Shown: one piece after another, positions 13,248 to 24,959 of the stretch
Layout of the letters: each line of letters starts with the position of its first letter
How positions within the stretch are numbered: the stretch's first letter is position 1
Source of the DNA: Octopus vulgaris
Taxonomy: Eukaryota
Length of the DNA stretch: 64,000 nt
Direction of reading: 5' to 3'
NCBI GenBank assembly: GCA_951406725.2
Contig: OX597818.1
Location: forward strand, 107,570,001-107,634,000
Made by a program: the position numbers and the translations under genes
The notes under the pieces: model-generated
What the model was told of the DNA's origin: nothing
Database searches by the model: none
What the model saw: only the letters and a program-made list of their open reading frames with translations

Positions 13248-13954
13248 AAATGAAAATAATAATAACAATAATAATAATATATGTATATATGTTTATGCAT
13301 ATGCATGTGTCTGTATGTATGTGTTGTTGTGTGTGTGTGTTGGTTTTTCAAAAAATTATTTGGCTTTGAAGACTTTTTTTATTTGGATTCTACATTCCTT
13401 GACTACTATTGCTTCTGTGGTTTTATTTTTTCCTTCGCTTTTTGGGTTTTTTTTTTATATCATCTCATGAGCCATCTTAATTTTCATTTTCATTTTTGGA
13501 ACTATGACTGATTGAAAGATCTTAAGAAAAAAAGGCTGCGCATCTTTTTTCCATTAACTCACAGCAGTTGTTACAGAATTGTATTATTTCCTTCAGAATG
13601 ATTTTATGAACAAGCTATTTGTCTATATGTCCACATGCAATATCAAAGAACCTCATACCCAAACAAGATTATATGGAAATGCTCTCTCACACATCTCTCT
13701 CTTACTCAACTCTCTCTCTCTCTCTCAACACCCTCCCACTCAGCTCTCTCTCTCTCTCTCTCTCTCCTTTGTTCTCTCTTCTCCTCTCTCTTTCTCTAAC
13801 TCGTTCTGTTTATGTATTTGTTTTTTTGTATTTTAATTTCCTCGTAAACCTGCCTCACAAACTGCAAAGCTAAATACTTTATGTAACACATGCAGACGAT
13901 TGATTTTGCATGTAGTACAGCAAAACACCAATTTCTAGTTCACTGGCTGCTTAC

Positions 13955-14085
13955 CTCTCCTACGAGAGTACTCCAGAGAATTCCTGAGTAACTTGTCTGC
14001 TTTACTGGTTAATTGTTTCAAAAGAGAACCAAGTGAATTTGAGTCCACTTCTCCTAAATGGTTAGAAAGGTGCAGACGACACTGT
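13955..14085 (-). CDS. Candidate 131-nt internal exon of an unidentified host gene
   Basis: tttcag|A CAG TGT..AGA G|gtaagc with open frame [43 protein letters not shown]. No homology recognised. Confidence 0.4.
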
Positions 14086-14272
14086 CTGAAATATTCAGTT
14101 TGTATTCATATCTGCTTCTCCATCTACAAACCAATTTATCTGTCTATCTGTATGGTTGTCAGTCTCTTTGCCAATTAATTCTCTCTCTCTCTCTCTCTCT
14201 CTGTATATATATATATATATATATATATGTGTATGTGTGTGTGTGTGTGTGTATGCATATATTTGTATATAC

Positions 14273-14320
<48 letters not shown>

Positions 14321-14782
14321 GTATGTATATATATATACATGCATATATATATATATACATATATATATATACATACATATACATATTCATATATATATAT
14401 GAGTATATATGTATATATATATATATATATCAATATATATGTATGCATATACATATATACATATATATATATATGCGTGTGTGTGTATGTGTGTGAGTGT
14501 ATACATGTGTGCATGTATATTGTTTTTAAATGTAGGACTTGAAATAGATAAAGTTATAAAAAATACCATGTAAATGTTAGATTAAAAACCCTTTTTGATA
14601 CACATAAATGAAAAGCTCCCCATGGGACATGAACCCACATATTCTGTAAACATAATGGGTATTCTGTCATTTACATGCTATTATTTATAGTTTTATCTAC
14701 TTCCAGTTCTACCATTAAAAATGAATTATTTCATGCCCTCTCAAGGTTTCCCATTTCATATGCTCAAAAACAACATATACAT

Positions 14783-14896
<114 letters not shown>

Positions 14897-14914
14897 GTAT
14901 ATATGTATATATAA

Positions 14915-15255
14915 AGAGCAAAGATCCCTTTCAGTCATGAATGACCACGAGATTGCACCTAGCAGTTCTCCTCCCAGGTACATGTCTAGGCAAATTTGTT
15001 TATGGAAGACCAGCAGTCACCCATGCATTCCAGCCTCCCTACTTCATGCCACTGATGTTATCCTAGGGAAAGGCAAAGGGGCCAATACAGCTTGGCACCA
15101 GTGATGTCACAACTCATTTCTACAGCTGAGTGAACTGGAGCAACATGAAATAAAGTATCTTGCTCAAGAAAACCAGACACAGCCTGGTCTGGGAATCAAA
15201 CTTACAACCTCGTAATTGTGAGTCCAATGTTCTAACCACTGAGCTATGTGCCTTC

Positions 15256-15258
<3 letters not shown>
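14915..15258 (-). mobile_element. tRNA-derived SINE family D
   Basis: Minus strand has the A box TAGCTCAGTGG, a degenerate B box and the TTGAGCAAGATACTTTATTTCATGTTGCTCCAG core. Related copies at ~17330-17640 and ~58955-59165. Confidence 0.7.
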
Positions 15259-15325
<67 letters not shown>

Positions 15326-15419
15326 TGTGTGTGTATGTGTATGTGTGTGTTTGCACTCACACGAGTGCATCTGTGTATAAAATGACATCTGGCTATAATT
15401 AGTATTTGAATAGAAATAT

Positions 15420-15632
15420 TGGTTTCAAATTTTGGCAGAAGGTCAGTAAGTTTGAGGGGAGGGGCTAAGTCGATTACATCGACACCAGTGCATAACTGGT
15501 ACTTATTTTTTTTGATTTCAAAAAGATGAAAGGCAAAGTCAACTTTGGTGGAATTTGAACTCAGAACACACAGAAGGATGGAATGCCACAATGCCTTTTT
15601 ACCTGTCATGCTAATGATTCTGCCAGCTTGCA
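15420..15632 (-). mobile_element. SINE family A copy
   Basis: GATGAAAGGCAAAGTCAAC..GGAATTTGAACTCAGAA motif. Confidence 0.75.
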
Positions 15633-16407
15633 AAACTATTAAGCTTATAAAAATATAACATAAGGTTAATTTTCCATTGAGTACATTCAAGACTTTTATT
15701 CAAATCACCAAATTAATTAATCTTAATTCTTTATAACATAAACTTCCATCAGTACAAACCAAACTCTTCTTATCCAATGAATCAAATCTCCATCGTGTAA
15801 GTTAAATATAAATAAATAAAACTGTCCGTTACATAAGTTAAATATAAAATTCCAAACACTCTACAGCAGAAATGTGATGCTTGCCTTTCTATAAAGCAAA
15901 ACAAATGCAAAACGAAATTAAAGAAAACAGGACCAAACACTGTAGAGGGATGATTTCCAAGCATTTTGATTCTAAGTCATTTTATGAAATATCATGATGC
16001 TACCACACTGCAAAAAGTGACAAACAAAACTATCTCAGAAAACAAAATATGTTTTGTAATAATCTCATATCTGTCATAGCAAAGTCAATAACTTAAGCAT
16101 AAAACTTTGCAGCTTGATTAGATTTCAGAGATTTTTTTTTTAACAGTCAGCTTAATTGAAAATTTTCTAATTTTCCCATAGGTTTTAATTAATTTTAATT
16201 AATTGAATAATAAAACACATCTCTTACTATTTGTTTTGTTTATTTATATATTGGCACTATTAAACTATTTGCCAATTTTTTGAATTGGAAGACAGATCCA
16301 TATCTCTAATGAATCTTGCAATTTGATTGACAGGTGAAGAAACCATTTTTTTCTTTCACTACTGAATCCTTGAAATTCCATACATGTGTGTGAGAAAATA
16401 TTCTTAC

Positions 16408-16440
16408 CAATAATGTTTAGTGAAAGACCAAAACTGTGAG
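16408..16440 (-). CDS. Weak candidate 33-nt exon
   Basis: tttatag|CTCACAG..ATTATTG|gtaaga with canonical splice sites. Confidence 0.2.
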
Positions 16441-17901
16441 CTATAAACATTTAACAAAATGTCTACAATTGTTTCAAGTAAAATTATGGATTTATTTATT
16501 TCAAGTGGCATTAGGATTAAAAGTTATTGCCAGGTACGATGCCATACCATTAGAATTATATTCATCATAATGACAATCATGAGATTCAGAAAGATATCAA
16601 CTGTAATGACATCACAAGTGATGCCAGTCATAATCGTTAGGATAAATCTATCTTGTGTCCTAAATTTCTTAATCAGAATTAAGATGAATTAATTCTATAT
16701 TAAAAACCAGTTGTAGTCGTCATCATCATCATCATTTAATGACTGTTTTCCATTACAGGCGAGGACTGTACAATTTGACAGGAGCTGGCAAGGCCAGGAG
16801 CCACATCAGGTTCCACTTGTCTATTTTGGAAATGGTTTCTTTGGCTGGCTGATGCCCTTCCAAATGCCAACCACTTTACAGAGTGTATTGAGTGATTTTT
16901 ATGAAACACCTACATAAGTGTTTTTTGTTGTTTTTTTTTTACATGATAGTTTTAGTATTTTTGTAAAACAAGTTTAGAGTCATAAAAGCTCAAGAGAATA
17001 TTAGATATGAGTCTACTGAAGAGTCAGATTTTTATAATATTTGAGTCTTGTCAGGTAGATCAGCATATCCCCTTTTAAGGATTTCAATGGCAATAACCCA
17101 AATCAAATCACTTATAAAAACAAGTGCAAATCAATGTTTGTTCAAGAGCAAAACCAGATTTAGTTTCTCTTAGAGCATTTATTAATTTTTATGTACCAAA
17201 ATTCACAGCATTAAACAATTTTTAGAATATTTTGCTAACTTTTCCTAACATAAACTATTCAGCTCTTATGTGTTTGATTCCAACATTTTCGTTGGACAGT
17301 TCAGTTATACGGAATTGTAAGCTGACTCTTTGTCCGTTACGACAACGATTGTTCTGGTTGATACAATCAATGGAACTGCTTGTGAAATTAACATGCAAGT
17401 GGCTGAGCAATCTACAGACACATGTACCCTTAATGTAGTTCTCAAGGTTGAGTTAGCATGGCACAGATTGTGACAAGGCTGGCCCCTTTGAGTTACTAGT
17501 ACAACTTATTTTTGCCAGCTGAATGGAGTGGAGAGCAACGTGAAATAAAGTGTTTTTCTGAAGGACACAATACACCATCAAGAATTGAACCAACAACGTC
17601 ACGACCATGAGTGGAACAGCCTTACCACTAAGCCATGCACCTTTACAATACAGAGGTGTAAATGTTTTTAAAATGCCCAAATGTTGAAGGACTTATGATA
17701 ATGCTTTTAAATTCTTCCGAAACCACTCACCGATATTTAAGGCCCAAAACCAAAGTCAGTGAATTGAAGGTAAATTTTTCCATTTTGCTGGAATAAAACA
17801 CATCTCAGAGCTTAATAACCAGAAGAACTGAAAAAACTAAGCAAAAACAAAGAAAACAAACAAGATGAAAATAAACAGCAACAACAAGACGAACAAGGAA
17901 C

Positions 17902-18013
17902 CTGACTTTCCAGAGCACCTCTAGCCAAAACTTCAGAGATAACAATGGAAATGTCTTCAGGGCTCAGGATCACACACAGATGAGTAAATATCTCATCTCT
18001 TAACAGGACAAAC
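17902..18013 (-). CDS. Candidate exon of an unidentified gene (donor uncertain, 17902 or 17919)
   Basis: Strong acceptor ttttttttttaccacag|G and open frame FVLLRDEIFTHLCVILSPEDISIVISEVLAR(GALESQ). Confidence 0.3.
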
Positions 18014-18079
18014 CTGTGGTAAAAAAAAAAATTAAAAAGGCATAAAAAATTTATTATGTGATGAACAAAAAATAATTAC

Positions 18080-18660
18080 AGATAAAAGTTTCAGTGGAAA
18101 TAAAAAGGTGAAAAGAGAAAAACAAGACTAAATATAAAGCAACAAAAACAGACATAGAAAAACAATTTCTTCTAAGCAGCAATGAAATCTCTCTTCATGT
18201 AAATAATGAAGAAAATGAAGAGAACAAAGATGAGCTTTGATTCATCACTCTTTGGAAATTAAACAAGCAATTAATTATGCATTTGTGGTGCCAAGGATTC
18301 TCCTAAGAAGTTATAATGACACAAAAGCTGTTCAGTTCAGAATGTAAACAACATTATACTGAACTTAAAAAGAATATGCTCAAAATGTTGGAGTTTTCCT
18401 GTACGAAATGTCTGAAGAAATGCCTACTGGTGCATTCAGTTGCACTTGAACATCATTTTGGGAAATGGTTAAATGAATGAGGTCAAGGTGTATCCTGATT
18501 CAACTCAGCCAGAATCTTTTATCTTTTATTTCCATAAATATATCTTATTTTTTAATTATTGCGTATTCCATGATAGATTTAAAAAATTCATTTCTGTGCA
18601 AATATGTGTGTAGATTTGCACGTACTTGTGAGCATATTTGTGTATATGCATGCTCATTTA
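18080..18660 (+). repeat. Old dispersed repeat, diverged copy of ~58040-58640
   Basis: Collinear shared blocks: AACAATTT..TCTAA.CAG.AATGAAAT, ATTATGCAT, AATGACACAAAAG, GTTCAGAAT.TAAACAACAT, CACTTGAACA, AAAATTCATTTCTGTGCA. Confidence 0.7.
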
Positions 18661-18795
18661 TATGTGTGTGTGTGTGTGTGTGTCTGACTGTATGCATAAA
18701 CATATAGGTGCATATATATTTACACACACACACGCACACGCATTACTATATATACATATGTGTATATGTACATATTTATAAATATATACTCACAC

Positions 18796-18908
<113 letters not shown>

Positions 18909-19086
18909 ATAATAAATATTAGGGAATAAATCCAAATTTACAGGAAAAAAATCAGATTTAGGATTAAATCCAATTTTATAGTAAAATATTATAAAATATT
19001 ATTAGAGACAAAACCACTATTTTACAAAACAAACAAGGAAAGACTTAATCAATACATAAAATTTTAATAAATAGTCAAAAAAACCG

Positions 19087-19129
19087 CCACTACAATTGTT
19101 TCTTGTCTTGATCGACAATCTTCAGGTGG
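19087..19129 (-). ncRNA. Minimal type I hammerhead ribozyme (left arm)
   Basis: Exact reverse complement of 24588-24630. Confidence 0.85.
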
Positions 19130-19563
19130 ACTTCCAATCTAAAATATCAATATTTTAAAATATAAAAATAATAATTTTAAAATAATTAAAGTATGAATGA
19201 AAAAATATAAATATATAATCCATATATAACCTATATATAATCCATATATAATCAATATATAAACAATATATAAACTAAAATAAACCTATCAACAATTAAA
19301 TATAAATATAAAATATAAAATATAAAATATAAAACAAAACAAAAAAATAATAATAATATAATAATAAACTATATATACACCCATACACATATAACTAATT
19401 ATATATAACCATATCTAACTACATACACTAAATCACACACCTATATATATATCCCTATACATACACATAAAAACGTCTAGGCAACTATAAATAAATAAAA
19501 TAGCTAAATACTTCAACACAATACTTATTCATACTCCCACACACACACATACAACCCACATTC

Positions 19564-21230
19564 ACGCTCTAGAAAACGGACATCACTTAAAATTATGAAC
19601 GGAGAAATGGAATAAATGGAATTAAAAATTATATTCACTTGGTAAAACGAACACTACTTAAAAATTATGAATGAAACAATGCAATAAAACAACAGACATC
19701 GCAAATAGACACAAATTACTACGAATTCCTTAACAAACCTACCATGATAAACCAAAACTCATAAAAACATATAATGATAAAATCTCCCTTTACTAAACTC
19801 TATAACATACCTATATAGCAATCCCCCTAACCTAAACATTCACACACAAATACACACACGTAAACCACACACCCACGACATATACAAATACCCACACCAC
19901 TTACACATACCTATACATACATATAAACCTCAACATATACTCCAAAAACCCACTCAACCCCACACAGACAAATAAACACAAAAATTATGAATGGATTCTT
20001 TTATAAAACTACCATGATAAGCTAAAACTCACAAAAACATAAATTATAAAACCTCCCTTTACTAAACACTATAACATACTTATATAGCAATCCCTTTAAC
20101 CTATACATTCACACACAAATACACACACGTAAACCACACACCCATAACAAATACAAACACCCACCCCACCCACACACACCCACAAGTACATATAAGCCCC
20201 AACATATACACCAAACAAAATTACTTTACCAAGGAACTTAACATATGTATAAAAAGTATAACCGCTCTGGAAACGAACATCTTTTAAAACAATGAATGGA
20301 GAAATGGAATAAATGGAATTAAAAATAATATTCACGTGGCAAAACGAACACCACTCAAAAATTATGAATGAAACAATGTAATAAAACAACCAACATCGAA
20401 AATAGACAAATTACCACGAATTCCCTAAAAAAAACCATGATAAACCAAAACTCTTAAAAACATATAACGATAAAATCTCCCTTTGCTAAAACTCTATAAC
20501 AAACCTATATAGCAATCCCCCTAACCTAAACATTCACACACAAATACACACACGTAAACCACAGACCCACGACTTATACAAATACCCACCTCACTCACAC
20601 ATACCTATACTAACTTATAAACCTCAATATACACCAAAAACCCACTCCCTCCCCACACAGACAAATTAACACATACATCCCAAAACCTAAATAACAAACC
20701 CATATACACATTCACACACAAACACACACACACGCAAAACACACACACACAACAGATACATATACTCCCTCACATATACGCATATACATACTCACTAAAC
20801 TCGATATATACAACAATATTTACACACCCACACTCATACAGATAAATAAACTATACAACTAAAAACTCACACACAATCTCATATACATAAACACTCCAAT
20901 GAAAAACAACATTAAATACATCGTAATTAACCAGAATATCAAAAATAACAATATGACATAAGGAGAAATAAAATACATACTTACAAGTCAGTTTCAAATT
21001 ATGAAGTGAAATTAAATTCTTAGCCGTTAAAAAAACCAAACCAAAATTACGTTACCATAGAAATATAACTTATGTATAAAAAGAATACGCGCCATGGAAA
21101 GTAAACGTCATTTAAAATTATGAATGGAGAAATAGAATAAATGGAACTAAAAACTATATCCACGTGGCAAACCAACACTACTTAAAAAAAATTATGAATG
21201 GATTCTTTAATAAAACTACCATGATAAATT
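19564..21230. repeat. Internal nested tandem subrepeats of the palindrome arm (mirrored in the right arm)
   Basis: Block GGAGAAATGGAATAAATGGAA..CAC.TGG.AAA at ~19600, ~20298 and ~21126. Block CCATGATAA..AAAACTC..CTATATAGCAATCCC..CACACACAAATACACACACGTAAACCAC at ~19742, ~20011 and ~20435. Confidence 0.85.
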
Positions 21231-24200
21231 ATTATATACATTTATGAGCTTTAGCTCATCTTAGCAGCTCTAACAAACAACTTGCAGTAACCCAAGTCTA
21301 TTCTCGATGCCTACCTTACTACTACACTATTCCATTCCCAAATCCAAGCAACGCTAGCCCGCCACCCGGTTACAATTCCCAACTCCACCCATTCATTCAC
21401 AATTTCAATGACGTTCGCCTCCACAGCGCTACGTATTAGCCTCAATATATACACCGGTGATTCGCTTTCACATCCGTGCGGATGGGTGAGAGTATACATT
21501 GAGTGTAGTGATGGGGCTCCCTTTACTATACACATTTGTACCTGTGTGGTAGTCTCCATGTGTATATTCACGCACGGGTATAAATGCAGGGGGTACACGC
21601 GCACGACATGTGCGTGTACCCCCTCACATGTACATATGCATGCTAGTTGGGCTCGATATGTGCAACGGTGTAATCGCGCCCGCATACATGCAGATGGGCG
21701 AATTGCACAATCAAAATACGCACACGTGTGTGCGTTCCCTGGCTGTGCAGTTCACCCATCTGGGTGTGAGTGGGTGTAAACGTATTGCTGTGGATGTCGA
21801 CCCACATAGCAATCCCAATATATTCATCCATACATGGACGCACGTGCGTGAAGCACATGCACACAACTAATACGTACAACCCCCCAATACACACTCATAT
21901 ACATACGTATCAAGCTCGACATCCACAGCAATACGTTTACACCCACTCACACCCAGATGGGTGAACTGCACAGCCAGGGAACGCACACACGTGTGCGTAT
22001 TTTGATTGTGCAATTCGCCCATCTGCATGTATGCGGGCGCGATTACACCGTTGCACATATCGAGCCCAACTAGCATGCATATGTACATGTGAGGGGGTAC
22101 ACGCACATGTCGTGCGCGTGTACCCCCTGCATTTATACCTGTGCGTGAATATACACATGGAGACTACCACACAGGTACAAATGTGTATAGTAAAGGGAGC
22201 CCCATCACTACACTCAATGTATACTCTCACCCATCCGCACGGATGTGAAAGCGAATCACCGGTGTATATATTGAGGCTAATACGTAGCGCTGTGGAGGCG
22301 AACGTCGTTGAAATTGTGAATGAATGGGTGGAGTTGGGAATTGTAACCGGGTGGCGGGCTAGCGTTGCTTGGATTTGGGAATGGAATAGTGTAGTAGTAA
22401 GGTAGGCATCGAGAATAGACTTGGGTTACTGCAAGTTGTTTGTTAGAGCTGCTAAGATGAGCTAAAGCTCATAAATGTATATAATAATTTATCATGGTAG
22501 TTTTATTAAAGAATCCATTCATAATTTTTTTTAAGTAGTGTTGGTTTGCCACGTGGATATAGTTTTTAGTTCCATTTATTCTATTTCTCCATTCATAATT
22601 TTAAATGACGTTTACTTTCCATGGCGCGTATTCTTTTTATACATAAGTTATATTTCTATGGTAACGTAATTTTGGTTTGGTTTTTTTTAACGGCTAAGAA
22701 TTTAATTTCACTTCATAATTTGAAACTGACTTGTAAGTATGTATTTTATTTCTCCTTATGTCATATTGTTATTTTTGATATTCTGGTTAATTACGATGTA
22801 TTTAATGTTGTTTTTCATTGGAGTGTTTATGTATATGAGATTGTGTGTGAGTTTTTAGTTGTATAGTTTATTTATCTGTATGAGTGTGGGTGTGTAAATA
22901 TTGTTGTATATATCGAGTTTAGTGAGTATGTATATGCGTATATGTGAGGGAGTATATGTATCTGTTGTGTGTGTGTGTTTTGCGTGTGTGTGTGTTTGTG
23001 TGTGAATGTGTATATGGGTTTGTTATTTAGGTTTTGGGATGTATGTGTTAATTTGTCTGTGTGGGGAGGGAGTGGGTTTTTGGTGTATATTGAGGTTTAT
23101 AAGTTAGTATAGGTATGTGTGAGTGAGGTGGGTATTTGTATAAGTCGTGGGTCTGTGGTTTACGTGTGTGTATTTGTGTGTGAATGTTTAGGTTAGGGGG
23201 ATTGCTATATAGGTTTGTTATAGAGTTTTAGCAAAGGGAGATTTTATCGTTATATGTTTTTAAGAGTTTTGGTTTATCATGGTTTTTTTTAGGGAATTCG
23301 TGGTAATTTGTCTATTTTCGATGTTGGTTGTTTTATTACATTGTTTCATTCATAATTTTTGAGTGGTGTTCGTTTTGCCACGTGAATATTATTTTTAATT
23401 CCATTTATTCCATTTCTCCATTCATTGTTTTAAAAGATGTTCGTTTCCAGAGCGGTTATACTTTTTATACATATGTTAAGTTCCTTGGTAAAGTAATTTT
23501 GTTTGGTGTATATGTTGGGGCTTATATGTACTTGTGGGTGGGTGTGGGTGGGGTGGGTGTTTGTATTTGTTATGGGTGTGTGGTTTACGTGTGTGTATTT
23601 GTGTGTGAATGTATAGGTTAAAGGGATTGCTATATAAGTATGTTATAGTGTTTAGTAAAGGGAGGTTTTATAATTTATGTTTTTGTGAGTTTTAGCTTAT
23701 CATGGTAGTTTTATAAAAGAATCCATTCATAATTTTTGTGTTTATTTGTCTGTGTGGGGTTGAGTGGGTTTTTGGAGTATATGTTGAGGTTTATATGTAT
23801 GTATAGGTATGTGTAAGTGGTGTGGGTATTTGTATATGTCGTGGGTGTGTGGTTTACGTGTGTGTATTTGTGTGTGAATGTTTAGGTTAGGGGGATTGCT
23901 ATATAGGTATGTTATAGAGTTTAGTAAAGGGAGATTTTATCATTATATGTTTTTATGAGTTTTGGTTTATCATGGTAGGTTTGTTAAGGAATTCGTAGTA
24001 ATTTGTGTCTATTTGCGATGTCTGTTGTTTTATTGCATTGTTTCATTCATAATTTTTAAGTAGTGTTCGTTTTACCAAGTGAATATAATTTTTAATTCCA
24101 TTTATTCCATTTCTCCGTTCATAATTTTAAGTGATGTCCGTTTTCTAGAGCGTGAATGTGGGTTGTATGTGTGTGTGTGGGAGTATGAATAAGTATTGTG

Positions 24201-24587
24201 TTGAAGTATTTAGCTATTTTATTTATTTATAGTTGCCTAGACGTTTTTATGTGTATGTATAGGGATATATATATAGGTGTGTGATTTAGTGTATGTAGTT
24301 AGATATGGTTATATATAATTAGTTATATGTGTATGGGTGTATATATAGTTTATTATTATATTATTATTATTTTTTTGTTTTGTTTTATATTTTATATTTT
24401 ATATTTTATATTTATATTTAATTGTTGATAGGTTTATTTTAGTTTATATATTGTTTATATATTGATTATATATGGATTATATATAGGTTATATATGGATT
24501 ATATATTTATATTTTTTCATTCATACTTTAATTATTTTAAAATTATTATTTTTATATTTTAAAATATTGATATTTTAGATTGGAAGT

Positions 24588-24630
24588 CCACCTGAAGATT
24601 GTCGATCAAGACAAGAAACAATTGTAGTGG
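24588..24630 (+). ncRNA. Minimal type I hammerhead ribozyme (right arm)
   Basis: CCAC (stem I) CUGAAGA (core) UUGUC-gaucaa-GACAA (stem II) GAAA C-AAUU-G UA GUGG (stem I'). All catalytic core nucleotides are canonical, predicted cleavage is after GUA (A24626), and the helix III region ACAAUUGU is palindromic. Confidence 0.85.
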
Positions 24631-24727
24631 CGGTTTTTTTGACTATTTATTAAAATTTTATGTATTGATTAAGTCTTTCCTTGTTTGTTTTGTAAAATAG
24701 TGGTTTTGTCTCTAATAATATTTTATG

Positions 24728-24760
<33 letters not shown>

Positions 24761-24959
24761 GTATATGTGTGTACAAATATATATGTAAATATACGTTTAT
24801 ATACACACATGGTGTGTTTCTGTATGTGTGTATATGCAAAAAGCATAAGCAAAAAGATAGTGTGGCACCTTCACCAACCCTCACTTTTCTCTGCCATTTC
24901 ATTGATTTGTTGATATATACAACCCATGGCAAATAAGTTTTTATACTTCTTCACTTTTA

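Larger units (their letters stand above)
18991..24726. mobile_element. Giant palindrome (arms 18991-21800 and 21916-24726, 115-bp spacer); putative non-autonomous Penelope-like/retrozyme element
   Basis: Arms are reverse complements (mirror ORF pairs 20096..20389/23328..23621 and 21311..21685/22031..22405). Only about 3 substitutions and one A7/T8 indel were noticed. Each outer end has an HHR and the element is flanked by (TA)n. Confidence 0.9.

Noticed and set aside
19140-21240. Mitochondrial control-region insertion or telomeric repeat (AC-rich skew, CCCTAA-like words)
   Set aside because: No mitochondrial genes or tRNAs adjacent, only isolated CCCTAA words, and the terminal HHR points to a retroelement.
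21311-22405. Mirror-image 124-aa ORFs as a protein-coding gene pair
   Set aside because: They result from the palindrome, several frames are open, and no RT or GIY-YIG motifs are present.
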